Notes: generated by a model from the sequence alone, not told the origin. 64,000 bases of DNA from Eledone cirrhosa (GCA_964016885.1 OZ024757.1:22754001-22818000), one strand, 5' to 3'; shown: positions 1-12,645, counted from the first letter of the stretch. Numbers and translations: made by a program.

Positions 1-897
1 AATTCTTTCACAATCTTCTGCACATATTCTTGTACAAATTGCTTCAAAAATTGCTGTATTTATTCCTAAAACATTTTGAGCTGGTTTGCAGCAGCCTCTT
101 TAAGTCCAGTTCCATTTCAAGATATCAAACCTGATCTATGGATCTTTGAATCTCATACTAACACTACCTTTGTGGTTGTGTGTGTCTGTGTTCTTGTTTT
201 CGTTTTGGGGTGTCTGCATGCATTTTTTTGTATGTGTGTGTGTAAGACTGTGTTTGTATCAGTGTGTGCAAATGCCTGCGCTTGTATCTGCATATATGTC
301 CGTGTCTGTTTTCTTTTTGTGTGTATGTCTGTGTGTATGAATGCCTGTGTGTATGAATATCTGTGCGTCTGTGTGTGAATGCCTGTGTATGAATATCTGT
401 GCGTCTGTGTGTGAATGCCTGTGTATGTATCTGTGTGTCTGTGTTTGTTTCTGTATGTCTGTGTGTGTGTGTATGCCTGTGTATGTATCTGTGCGTGTAT
501 GTCAGTAAATGTATATGTAATGGTGTGGTGATAATGGTAGACAGTGACATCAAATTCCTGACACACTCATCATATATCAACTGCCAACGTCTGTAGCCAA
601 ATCAATACCAAACAATCACCTGCAGTTATTTATTCTTAATATAGACTTTTTAAAATTTTAAATAAAGTCTTTTATAAAAGTTATATATGTATTTTATTTT
701 TTTAAAAAACCAACAAACACAAAAACATTAGTAATGCCAAAAAATCTGACAAAAAAAACCCGATGAAATAACCTTTCTTTACCTTATTTGTAATGAAAAA
801 CATTTAGGTGTATGGCCTAGTGGTTAGTGTCTTGGACTTATGATAATGTTGTGGGGGTCATGTCCTATGTGTTGTGTTCTGGAGCAAAACACTTCTT

Positions 898-1075
898 GGC
901 AGTATTGGTAGAGGGTCGGACGCCATGCTTTGATGCACAGAGTTACGGCCCTTGCCATTCTGAGTTCAAATCCTGCCGAGGTTAACTTTGCCTTTCATCC
1001 TTACGGGATCGATAAAATAAAGTACCAGTAATGCACTGGTAATTGCTGGCCTTGTGCCAAAAGTAGAAACAATTA
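898..1075 (+). mobile_element. SINE family A copy (tRNA-like head, conserved central domain, ATT tail)
   Basis: Matches the window consensus ggattggcagtatcggtagagggtcggacgcc...ctgaGTTCAAATCCcgccgaggttaactttgcctttcatccttacggggtcgataaaataaagtaccagtaat...gtagaaacaattatt. GTTCAAATCC is a Pol III B-box. There are roughly 30-40 related full or partial copies in the window. Confidence 0.85.
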
Positions 1076-1126
1076 TATATATTTCAAGGGTACCAAAATT
1101 TTGGTACGTTCTCATCAGATAAAATA
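1072..1126 (-). ncRNA. Minimal type-I hammerhead ribozyme motif, 3' strand of stem I lost at a SINE junction
   Basis: Minus strand reads TATTTTAT-CTGATGA-gaacgtaccaaaattttggtaccctt-GAA-ATATATAT-A, then runs directly into the tail of the SINE at 898-1075. Confidence 0.65.
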
Positions 1127-1397
1127 CAAAATTTGTTTTATAAACATTGACATACACAAGAAACCAGACCTTATCGATTCAGTTTGAATAGTGAAAGAAA
1201 AATTTCAAATCTTTAGGATGAATATGTAAATGTGGTTGAAATGTAAGGCAGAAAAAAAGGTTGTTATATTTAGACGCTAGGTAAATTTAAATAATTATTT
1301 AAATATCTCTTTGCTTATATATATATACATATATGTACTCATTTACTTATTCCAGCCATTGGTCTGAGACTATGCTGGGACACTGCTATTATTGCTT

Positions 1398-1577
1398 GGA
1401 AGTATCGGTAGAGGGTCAGATGCCATGCTTTCTAGCATAGTTATGTCCCTCTATGATCTGAGTTCAAATCCCGCCGAGGTTAACTTTGCCTTTCATCCTT
1501 ACGGGGTCGATAAAATAAAGTACCAGTAATGTACTGGGTAATTGCTGGCCTTGTGCCAAACAGTAGAAACAATTATT
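1398..1577 (+). mobile_element. SINE family A copy
   Basis: Same consensus as 898-1075. Confidence 0.85.
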
Positions 1578-1603
1578 GCTATATACATGTATGTATGTAT
1601 ATG

Positions 1604-2110
1604 TCAGGTAGCTAACGAGTGCTACTGGTAACATGTAACCCAGTACATCCTGTCTCATGGTCAGGTCGTCGGCAACCAAACCAGCAACCCCACCAAGCTG
1701 AGGAGGGTGATATTTGGTCACCCTGCAGGATGAAATGCAAGACCTGGCAAAGGGCGGAGGAACACAGCAGAGTCAACGGCTATCCAAATAGTACTTTTTT
1801 TTTTTTTCACCTGGGAGTGAAAGGCCCCCAGTTGTTGTCACAACACCTTTCTAGGAGAGGGAAACTCTGAAAAAATACCTGCAGCTTCAGAAGCACCCGA
1901 TGATGTTGACCAGTTCTCCTTTTCGGGTAGTATTTTCGATGCTCAGGGAGAGGGATTGGTCAAGTGCAAGGCCTTTCCCTACTTACGAAAACCATCAAAG
2001 CACAGGCATTGTTTGTTCAGGATATGTTACAGGTTGGTGTGACTGGCCGTAGCCTAAAAGTGCATCAAACTCTATAATCCGCCAAGCAATTGCAGTACTC
2101 TTAGCAGAGT
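1604..2110 (+). mobile_element. Possible 5' UTR fragment of an RTE-type LINE
   Basis: GC-richer island containing ctaggagagggaaactctgaaaaaatacc, which resembles a motif I recall from RTE 5' UTRs. No ORF follows. Confidence 0.35.
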
Positions 2111-2667
2111 TTGCAGCCATAATGTATGTATTTCATTATGTATGTTCTTCTGGTTTTATAATTTCACTAATTTTTGCCAATAAAGAGAGAGTCGGTTTCT
2201 AACATAGACACAATACTCTCTCATTGGAATTTACACAACATCAACTAGGTAGATATATATGCATGCATGTGTGTGCAGGTATGGATGATATTGTATGTGT
2301 CAATGTGTATGTTTTGAGTTGTATGTGTGCATGTGTATATGCTTAGTATCTGAACATGTGTATATGCAGTTATTAGATGCAACATTTTTGGAATGTTTTA
2401 CATATTTTTACTGTTCCATTAATGGATTGTACTTGTAATTTCCTAACTAGTTGTGTTCTTTCTGTTCCTGTGAAGCCTAGCTTCTCAAGATTTGTATTGA
2501 GGCAGTTACTAACATATCCCAGTGCCCCAATAATCACAGGCATAAATCTGAAGGTGTAATCAGGGTGGAGTATCTACAGATTTCTCATCAGTTCTACATA
2601 AATATTCTCCTTTTCACTACACTAATGTCTGTATGCATGTATGGATATATGTATGTAAGTATACATG

Positions 2668-3202
2668 CATCATCATCATTATTTTACGCCCGCGATGGAT
2701 TGGAAGTATCGGTAGAGGGTCGGACGCCATGCTTTCCAGCATAGTTACGTCCCTTTACGATCTGAGTTCAAATCCCGCCGAGGTTGACTTTGCCTTTCAT
2801 CCTTACGGGGTCGATAAAATAAAGTACCAGTAATGCACTGGATAATTGCTGGCCTTGTGCCTAAAGTAGAAACAATTATTTTACGCCCGCTTTTCCCTGC
2901 TTGCAAGGGTGGGACGGGAACTGATTCTGGCTTGATTTCTACAGCTGGATGCCCTTCCTAATACCAACCTCATTTACAGTGTGGGCTGGGTGCTTTTTTG
3001 CCGTGGCACCTCCACGATCACTTTGCAGTGGAATGATAGGGACCCCAGTCCCTATCATCTCATTTCTACAGCTGAGTAAACTGGAGCAATGTGAAATAAA
3101 GTGTCTTGCTCAAGGAAACAACACATCACCCGGTCTGAGAATTAAACTCACAACCTTTCGATTGCAAGGCCAATGCTCTAACCACTAAGCCATGTGCCTC
3201 CA
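2668..3202 (-). mobile_element. SINE family B copy (tRNA head, CORE-like body, RTE tail) interrupted by a family A SINE
   Basis: Minus-strand head ggaggcacatggcttagtggttagagc (A-box) and tail ending in (GAT)n. A family A copy at about 2694-2880 is flanked by the 16-bp duplication attattttacgcccgc (2678-2693 and 2875-2890). Confidence 0.85.
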
Positions 3203-3719
3203 TCTCTGTATGCATTTATGTATATATGTATATATGTATATAAGTATGTATGTATATATGTATGTATATATGTAAGTATGTATGTATAGATGTATATATG
3301 TAAGTAAGTATGAATGTATTTCTGTATCTATATACGCCTACATATTGTCAAGTTCATTCTAGATATATTCTATCCATGTCTGACAATTACTAAACAACCT
3401 AGCCATTCTATTGAGTATCCTCTTGATATATCACCTGTCTTAACCTTGTAACACCTGTTCTTAATTAGCTTTCATGCCTCAAAGACCCTCTGCTTTAGAG
3501 GAAGAAAACAACAAAACTGAAAGTTCCGACGACCAGCACCAAAGAGGCTTTACGGTTGAATAGTTTTATTGCATGCAAACAGATAGGTTGTTGCAGGGCT
3601 ATTGACATTTGAATTACGTACACATGCACACACACACACACACACACAGATACACACGCTTACACGCACACACACAAGTAGATATATATATAAATACATA
3701 TGCATCTATCTATCTATCA

Positions 3720-3785
<66 letters not shown>

Positions 3786-3787
<2 letters not shown>

Positions 3788-4002
3788 AGGCACATGGCTT
3801 AGTGGTTAGAGCATCGGCCTATCATTCCACTGTAAAGTGGTCATGGAGGTGCCACGGCAAATAAGCACCCAGCATTCACTGTAAATGAGGTTGGTGTTAG
3901 GAAGGGCATCCAGCTGTAGAAATCAAGCCAGGATCAGTTTCCGTCCCACCCTTGCAAGCAGGGAAAAGCGGACGTAAAAATGATGATGATGATGATGATG
4001 AT
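3786..4002 (+). mobile_element. SINE family B copy, internally deleted
   Basis: Head ggaggcacatggcttagtggttagagc joined directly to the RTE-derived tail ...gttaggaagggcatccagctgtagaaatc...gcggacgtaaaaa(tga)n. Confidence 0.8.
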
Positions 4003-4093
4003 ATATAGTAATAATAATAAATTTGAAGACTAAAATCCAAAGAGGGCTCGATAAGGATAAATATATATCAAATATATAAGAACTGTAGAGCAA

Positions 4094-4297
4094 ATATTTA
4101 TTAAAATAACAGATTAAAGTTTAAGCAAAGATCTTTCAGAAGATCCCATTAAGGGTGAAAGCAGTGATTCTTTGCTTAAACTTTAATCTGTTATTTTAAT
4201 AAATATATATATATATATATATATGAAATATAAGAATCAAAGAACTGTTCAAAACATTATTGTTTTGAACAGTTCTTTGATTCTTATATTTCATATA
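4094..4297. repeat. Two adjacent perfect inverted repeats around a (TA)n tract
   Basis: 38-bp arms 4094-4131 and 4169-4206 with a 37-nt spacer; 37-bp arms 4220-4256 and 4261-4297 with spacer ttat. Confidence 0.9.
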
Positions 4298-4475
4298 ACT
4301 GCTCTGTAAATCATCTGATGTTTTTACATTGAGCTACTTAACTTACTGGTAATAAGGTAGTAATATATTACTGCCTACCACTATTTAGGGTGTGTGTAAA
4401 ATACTTACAACTGCTTAAGGTTTTGTGTTTACATAACCATAAATAGTATAACTAATACTATATATATATATATAT

Positions 4476-4720
4476 CCAAGGTCTGCCAAAAACTTATCTG
4501 ACCTTAGCCTGTGAAAAAAAATTACCAATTTTATGGGCTTCATTGATAATCCTCTTCAGTGTAGACTCCTTGTTCCTTAACACACTTAGATCAGTGGCCC
4601 CTTCCACTATTCAATGAATGTCTGGAAGGTTTCTTTTGGAATGTCCCTCAGTGACTAAAGCCGGAGTTTCCTTGTGGCATCTTAATTTTTGGGAGGCAAT
4701 CAAAAATCAGACAGAGCATG
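4476..4720 (-). mobile_element. Decayed mariner 3' fragment
   Basis: Minus-strand translation resembles a mariner C-terminus (FQTFIE*W...SKCVKEQGVYTEE). It ends in a TIR-like sequence next to (TA)n. Confidence 0.5.
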
Positions 4721-4756
4721 GCCTAGTGGTAAGGGTTTTGGGACTCTCAATCATAT

Positions 4757-5380
4757 TGTGATGCTGGTATTGATGGTATAGTGGTGGCATTGGTCGAGGT
4801 GATGTTGTTAGTGATGGTATTGATGGTGGTGATGCTGGTATTGACGGTATAGTGGTGGTATTGATGGTGGTGGTGATGGAGGTGATGGTGGTATTGAAGG
4901 TATGGAGGTCATGCTGTTAGTGATGGTGGTGGTGGTAGTATTGATGGTGGTGGTGATGGAGGTGATGCTGGTATTGATGGTATAGTGGTGGTATTGATGG
5001 TGTGGAGGTGATGCTGTTAGTGATGGTATTGATGGTGGTGGTGGTATTGATGGTGGTGGTGATGGAGGTGATGCTGGTATTGATGGTATAGTGGTGGTAT
5101 TGATGGTGTGGAGGTGATGCTGTTAGTGATGGTATTGATGGTGGTATTGATGGTGGTGATGGTGGTGATGCTGGTATTGATGGTATAGTGGTGGTATTGA
5201 TGGTATGGAGGTGATGCTGTTAGTGATGGTATTGATGGTGGTATTGATGGTGGTGGTGATGGAGGTGATGCTGGTATTGATGGTATAGTGGTGGTATTGA
5301 TGGTATGGAGGTGATGCTGTTAGTGATGGTATTGATGGTGGTGGTATTGATGGTGGTGATGGCGGTGATGCTGTTAGTGA
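4757..5380. repeat. GGT/GAT-derived minisatellite
   Basis: Recurring ggtgatgctggtattgatggtatagtggtggtattgatgg...gatgctgttagtgat units. Confidence 0.9.
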
Positions 5381-5739
5381 TCTCTCAGTAAATATTAATG
5401 AAAAGATTTATTGAAATGCTGCAGTTAATGTTGCTGTAGAAAGTGAAGGTTTTATTGTATAGCTGATGAGTGATCAATACGTAGTTATACAGATCAATAT
5501 CTAGTTAGAAAGGGTTAAATGTTTATGTCTGACATTTGACCAATACACCACCCCCACCGCACCCCACCCCACACAGTTTTGAGGGACGGGGCGGGGCTTT
5601 TATATTTGTTTTTGTGGGGTGTTTTTATAGTTTGCTTGTTGCTGTTTTTTTATGGTTTTTAAAGAAGATTCCTTGGGCAGCTGTCTTTGAGAAGAGGAAA
5701 TATATCTGATGGGGGGGGGGTCTCTCACAGGTACCGAGT

Positions 5740-6370
5740 GGGGGTGGGTGTTTGGATAGGGGGTGGAGAGGGGGGTGAAGGGGTGGAGAGAGGGGGAATT
5801 GGTGGAGAGGGGGTGGGTGAGGTGGGAAGATGGGGGTGGGGTGGATAGGAGGGAGGGAGGTGGAGAGAGGGCAGGTGGAGATGGGTGAGTGGGCGGAGAG
5901 GGGTGTGGAGAGGGGGGAGGGATGGGAGAGGGGACAGGTAGAGAGAGGGGGTGGGTGGAGAGAGGGGAGGGAGGTGGAGACAGGGGAGGGGGGACAGAGA
6001 AAGGGAGGGAGGGAAAGAGAGGGGGAGAAATAGGGACAGAGGGAGAGAGGGGAGAGAGGGAGAGAAAGAAAGATAGACATAAAGTGATGAAGAAAGAAGG
6101 AGAGAGGATGGGAGGGGGAGAGACAGAGAGAGAGGGGGAGGGGGAGAGGGGGAGAGAGAGGAGAGAGTGAGAGGAAGGGGGAACGGGGGAGATATACAAG
6201 GCAGATAGAGAGAGAGTGGGGTGAAAGGGTGAAAGGAAGGGAGAGAGAGGGAGATATAGGAGAGGGGAGGAGAGAAAATAGAGAGGGAGGAGAGAGAAAG
6301 AGGAAGAGTGGAGAGAAAGTGAGAGGGGGGATGAGGGGAAGAATGAGGGAGAGAGGGAGAAAGAGAGAGT
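5740..6370 (+). repeat. G/A-rich polypurine low-complexity tract
   Basis: About 630 bp made almost entirely of G and A, with many G3-G6 runs. Confidence 0.9.
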
Positions 6371-6579
6371 TAAAGAAAGTGTGTGTGAATGTCAGTGTGT
6401 GTGTGTGTATGGTATGTGTCCATATATACACTAATGTGGATGTGTAAGTTATTTATACAGTTAGTGGCAGATGTGATGTACAAACATGTTGTTGATGATG
6501 ATGATGACTTTATAGTGTGGTTGTTGTTGGTGTCGGTGGTGGTGCTGGGTTGATGTTGTTGATGATGATGATTTTATAG

Positions 6580-6610
<31 letters not shown>

Positions 6611-7029
6611 GTTGGTGGTGTTGGGGATGTTGGGTTGATGATGATGATGATTTTATAGTGTTGTTGTTGTTGGTGGTGGTGGTGTTGGGGATGTTGGGTT
6701 GATGTTGTTGATGATGCTGTTATAGTGTTCTTGTTGTTGTTGGTAATAGTGATGTTGTTGGTGATAGTGGTATTATTATTAGTCTTGTTGATAGTGATAT
6801 TGTGTATATGTGTTGTGAAGCCTCTTAAATATGTGTCTATATGTGTTGTGAAGCTGTATATATGTGTTGTGAAACTGTATGTATGTTTCTATATGTGTTG
6901 TGAAGCTGTATGTATATGTGGATGTGGATGTGTGTTGTGAAGCTGTATGTATGTAAATGTGTTGTGAAGCTGTATGTATGTGTCTATATGTGTTGTGAAG
7001 CTGTATGTGTATGTGTGTTGTGATATATG

Positions 7030-8305
7030 ATATCATTACAGTATATATAATACTATATGTTATATCATTTAGAATAAATTATACTATATATAATATCATT
7101 TAGCATATATAATACTATATATGATATCATTACAGTATATATAATACTATATATGATATCATTACAGTATATATAATACTATATATGATATCATTTAGCA
7201 TATATAATACTATATATGATATCATTACAGTATATATAATACTATATATGATATCATTTAGCATCTATAATACTATATATGATATCATTTAGCATATATA
7301 ATACTATATATATCATTACAGTATATATAACACTGTATATGATATCATTTAGCATATATAATACTATATCATTACAGTATATATAATACTATATTTGATA
7401 TCATTTCAGTATATATAATACTATATATCATATTATTACAGTATATATAACACTATATGTTATATAGTTGCTGTATATATAATACAATATGTTATATCAT
7501 ATATAATATTATATGATATATCGTTACACTATATATAACACTACATATCATACAGTATATATAATACTATATGTTATATAGTTGCTGTATCATCATCATC
7601 ATCATCAGGTTTAGCGTCCGTGTTCCACGCTTGCATGGGTCTGGACGGGGGCTTTCCCACTTGAGGCAAGAGTGGTTGTCTTGCTCGCACAGGACTGTCT
7701 GGCGGGTTTTCTACAGTTGGATGCCCTTCCTAACACCAACCGCATTTACAGTGTGGGGCTGGGAGGTTTTTACCGTGTTGCCTACACGGCCACATTACAG
7801 CGTGGACTGTCTGGCGGGTTTTCTACAGCTGGATGCCCTTCCTAACACCAACCACATTTACAGTGTGGGGCTGGGAGGTTTTTACCGTGTTGCCTACACG
7901 GCCACATTTACAGCGTGGACTGTGTGTTTTTTTGTCATGACACCTACACGATCTCATATATAATACAATATGTTATATCATATATAATATTATATGATAT
8001 ATCGTTACACTATATATAACACTATATATCATACAGTATATATAATACTATATGTTATATAGTTGCTGTATATATAATACAATATGTTATATCATATATA
8101 ATATTATATGATATATCGTTACACTATATATAACACTACATATCATACAGTATATATAATACTATATGTTATATAGTTGCTGTATATATAATACAATATG
8201 TTATATCATATATAATATTATATGATATATCGTTACACTATATATAACACTACATATCATACAGTATATATAATACTATATGTTATATAGTTGCTGTATA
8301 TATAA
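7030..8305. repeat. AT-rich minisatellites: about 30-bp units, then a 114-bp unit x4
   Basis: atcattacagtatatataatactatatatgat repeats. The marker tcgttacact recurs at 7521, 8002, 8116 and 8230 (114-bp period, first interval interrupted by an RTE tail). Confidence 0.85.
7589..7957 (-). mobile_element. 5'-truncated RTE LINE 3' UTR (family of the 48-49.6 kb element)
   Basis: Near-identical to 47975-48225, with an internal duplication and a (CAT)n tail on the plus strand. Confidence 0.8.
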
Positions 8306-8613
8306 TAGATGAGATTCAGAATGAAGGAGTTGGGTTTTCTCAGATGTTATACAACAAAATAGGTTTGATGTTATACAAAATAGGTTTGATGTTGTAAAAA
8401 CGATTTTTTGAGCTGGAATTTTACATGGGTCGTCGAGGGGGGAACAAATCAGATATTTTAAACTTCCACTAGATCTTTGATCAATTTATAATAATAGAAT
8501 CCAAATAGAATTTTCATGAACATATGTTTTATGCATGTATTGGCTGTACACAATACATGCATAATAATTTATGTAAGAACCTTTGCTAAGCTATATTCCA
8601 AACATCAGCTTAA

Positions 8614-9004
8614 CCCTTTAGCACTTAAACTCTTTTCATTCAAACTGGCTGTAACTGGCCACTCATACTGATGTTAACCCTTTAGCATTCACATTACTCT
8701 ATATATACTATTATATTTTCATGGTAAATGCTTTACCTCACATAATTATCTCACACAATACTGAATCTATGAGATTTTGAAAGTATTTATTTTGAGAACA
8801 ATACCTTAACATCAGTTTGGACAAGTTACAGCCAGTTTCAACAAAAAAAGGTAGAGAATTCTGGCCAGTTTTGACCGATTTGAACATTAAAGGGTTAAGG
8901 TATTGTTCTCAAAATAAATAATACCAAAACCTCATATTATGTGAGGTAAAGCCTTTACTGCAAAAATACAATAGTAAATATAGAGTAATGTGAATGCTAA
9001 AGGG
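8614..9004. mobile_element. piggyBac-type MITE with a second copy (8678-8894) nested inside it in opposite orientation
   Basis: Outer element TTAA|CCCTTTAGCA...TGCTAAAGGG|TTAA. Inner copy flanked by TTAA at 8674-8677 and 8895-8898. Confidence 0.85.
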
Positions 9005-9348
9005 TTAATATGGAGAAATGTTGTTATTTTATTAAATCTCTCCAAATTCCTGATTACTTTTGAAATAACTTCACAATCATAGACAATGTCTTTCATTAAA
9101 AGTAAAGTATTAAACTTAAATGTAAGGTGAGGAATATGTGAGTAAAAGAAATCAAGGGTGGGTGAGGTGGGGTCAGTTTACATTCACTATTTAAATCAGT
9201 GGTTCTCAACCTTTTTTTACCCATGGACCACTTTTACTCTTTCGATGGAAAAAACATTTAATTTATTTTTTATTTTATGTATAGATAAGTTTAGGAATTA
9301 TATTATAGAAATAGTAAATGTATATGATTTATTTAGGTGAAACTAATT

Positions 9349-9650
9349 TAATTGTTTCTAGTTTTGGCACAAGGCCAGCAAATACCCAGTACATTACTGG
9401 TACTTTATTTTATCGACCCCGTAAGGATGAAAGGCAAAGTTAACCTCGGCGGGATTTGAACTCAGACTGTAAAGGGACGTAACTATGGTAGAAAGCATGT
9501 CCAACCCTCTACCGATACTGCTAATTCACAGAATATATAATATAATTGTCTCTACTTTAGGCACAAGGCCAGCAATTACCCAGTGCATTACTGGTACTTT
9601 ATTTTATCGACCCCGTAAGGATGAAAGGCAAAGTCAGCCTCGGCGGGATT
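9349..9650 (-). mobile_element. Two SINE family A copies, the second truncated
   Basis: Reverse complement of the family A consensus. Confidence 0.8.
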
Positions 9651-9732
9651 ATAATATAATGTTATATATATGTTATATACAGAACATGTTATATAGGTAT
9701 GATATATCATTACAGTACATATAATATAATAT

Positions 9733-9734
<2 letters not shown>

Positions 9735-9764
<30 letters not shown>

Positions 9765-9765
9765 C

Positions 9766-9812
<47 letters not shown>

Positions 9813-9841
9813 CATATATATATATATGTACATATATGTAC

Positions 9842-9872
<31 letters not shown>

Positions 9873-9949
9873 CATATATATACATATATATATATACATA
9901 TATATACATATATATATAGACATATATATATATACATATATATATATAC

Positions 9950-10041
<92 letters not shown>

Positions 10042-10258
10042 ATATATATATACATATATATGTATATATAAAAGACGTAAAATAAGAAAATATCTTTAAA
10101 AAGATATTTTCTTATTTTACGTCTTTTATATTATTGTTCTGCATTCTCCTGCATTGAACCACCTAGGTACTATGACATAACCTGTGTATTTGCTAGCATG
10201 GGCGTGCATCTGTGCGCTTATGTTAGTTGATATATTAAATTATCTATATATATGTATA

Positions 10259-10291
<33 letters not shown>

Positions 10292-10397
10292 GTACATATA
10301 TATATATATACATATATATATATACATATATATATATACATATATATATATATAGACATATATATATATACATATATACATATATATATATATGTAC

Positions 10398-10428
<31 letters not shown>

Positions 10429-10439
10429 CATATATATAC

Positions 10440-10522
<83 letters not shown>

Positions 10523-10551
10523 CATATATATGTATATATATATATAAATAC

Positions 10552-10589
<38 letters not shown>

Positions 10590-10595
10590 GTATAC
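9735..10595. repeat. (TA)n/(TATACA)n microsatellite blocks with an internal palindrome
   Basis: Long TA arrays. Palindrome with 32-bp arms at 10066-10097 and 10100-10131. Confidence 0.9.
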
Positions 10596-11177
10596 TGGTT
10601 ATAAATAAAAGCCTTAGAAAACTCAGTGACCTTCAAGCGTATGTCACCAACATGGGTATTGGCAGGTCTTTCATGGAAGTGGACATTTATGGTTACATGT
10701 AAAGAAAATGGCTTCAATGATGGTGCTGACATCAAAGAATGACCAAAATATCTTTGCATGAAAAGAGCCTCAGTTGATGGACTTCAAAGAGATTAGGGAG
10801 TGAGATATTAGTCACAGAAATAGATAATCCACTGAAGATACTTCCAGACATATATTTTATTATGTAGAAACATATGTTGTATAGAAACGGAGCCATTGAG
10901 AAGGCTGTTTCTAAACATCTGAAATGTTGAAATTTTTTTGTAATACAGTTGTTGCTGCTGACAGTAAATTACAAAATCACATTGATAAAGATACCATTGA
11001 AAGTCACGAACCAGCACTGACGCCACCACCCCCACCACCACTGCCACTGCCTCCATCGACACCTTCACTTCCATACATCGCTACATCCACACTTCCATCT
11101 TTCACCAACATCTTCATTGCTTTCTACATACACTCATATATACTCACACACAAAAATATATGTATGTATGTATATTT

Positions 11178-11242
<65 letters not shown>

Positions 11243-11246
<4 letters not shown>

Positions 11247-11571
11247 TCATCATTTTACGTCCGCTTTTCCCTGCTTGCAAGGGTGGGACGGGAACTGATT
11301 CTGGCTTGATTTCTACACCTGGATGCCCTTCCTAACACCAACCTCATTTACAGTGAGTGCTGGGTGCTTTTTTGCTGTGGCACACCCACGACCACTTTGC
11401 AGTGGAATGATATGGACCCCAGTCCCTAGCATCTCATTTCTACAGCTGAGTAAACTGGAGCAATGTGAAATAAAGTGTCTTGCTCAAGGAAACAACACAT
11501 CACCCGGTCTGAGAATTTGAACTCACAACCTTTCGATTGCAAGTGCTCTAACCACTAAGCCATGTGCCTCC
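11243..11571 (-). mobile_element. SINE family B, near full-length copy
   Basis: tRNA head at 11571, ttccttgagcaagacacttta CORE-like segment, RTE tail ending in (GAT)n next to (TA)n. Confidence 0.85.
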
Positions 11572-11580
11572 ATTAATTAA

Positions 11581-11690
11581 ACGCTTACGGCACCTAGGGT
11601 TCCCAAGCGGTCACCCATCTAAGTACTAACTAGGCTCAACGTTGCTTAACTTCGGTGATCGGACGAGAACCGGTGTTTTCAGCGGGATAT
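11581..11690 (-). pseudogene. 5S rRNA: 5S rRNA copy lacking about 10 nt at the 5' end
   Basis: Minus strand atatcccgctgaaaacaccggttctcgtccgatcaccgaagttaagcaacgttgagcctagttagtacttagatgggtgaccgcttgggaaccctaggtgccgtaagcgt matches metazoan 5S, including box A (agttaagcaa) and the box C region. Confidence 0.92.
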
Positions 11691-11697
11691 ACATATA

Positions 11698-12557
11698 CAG
11701 TTCGCAAGATTACTGTCTAGGAAAGAATAACACAGTAGTTTTATTTTTTAAGATATATTTATCAAACTTGGGTCAGTTTATCTTCATGACTTGTTCTTTC
11801 GATCTCACTTGAGAAACCCGCCATTGGCTTTGATGACGGCCTCAAGGCAGCCTCGGAACAGGCTACAGGCCTTCGTCACTGTCCCCCGACTTAGGTCCCT
11901 AAATGCACTTGTGATCCTGGCCTTCAGATCGTCTTTCATATTGCAGCTAGATCTGTTGGTGTCTAATTCCACTGCGCCCACACAAAGAAGTCGATGGGGT
12001 TGCAGTCAGGCGAGCTGGGAGGCCAGATGTCAGGTGAAGTGTGGTCGACGAAGTTCTCTGACAGCCAGGCTTGGGTCTTTCAGCTGGTATGGCAGGGCGC
12101 TGAGTCTTGCTGCCACACGTACGGCCTACCTGCAGCTACCTGGTCGATCCTGGTCGATCAGAACGTGGATGTAGCCATCGGTGTTCAGCTTGAGGCCCTC
12201 AGGGAAGAAGTGAGGTGGTATGACGTCACCTTGACTACTGACGACACCTAAGACCAATGTTGTCGCTAGAAACTTTGTCTGCATGACTCTGGGCACGTCT
12301 TTGAATGAGACAGCGAGCCACCTGTTGATCTGGGAGTTGATCTTCTGGTCTTATTTGTCCTCCCGGTGCGGATTCTAAGAAGAACTCCGTGTCACTTCCA
12401 CAAATTTGGAGGTACAAAATTATTCATAATCAATTATTCTGAAAATAAATAATGGAAATATAGTCACTGTTTTTATGAAGACAAGAGTGACAACGGAAGT
12501 AAAAAAAATTTGCATAAAATTAGCAGTTGAAAATTGTGAACAGATATCGTCCGCACC

Positions 12558-12560
<3 letters not shown>
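11698..12560 (-). mobile_element. Internally deleted Tc1/mariner-superfamily DD37D (maT) element, copy 1
   Basis: Inverted paralogue of 61571-62428. TIR at 12560 is intact (gaacagatatcgtccgcaccctg|TA). TIR at 11698 has an internal deletion of about 17 bp. Transposase remnant is frameshifted. Confidence 0.85.
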
Positions 12561-12609
<49 letters not shown>

Positions 12610-12645
12610 TACAGAATAATCAAAACTATGTTCAAAACATTTTAT

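Noticed and set aside
10595-11020. Unique-looking segment with partial ORFs
   Set aside because: Stops occur in all frames examined and no recognisable motif is present; probably a decayed element.
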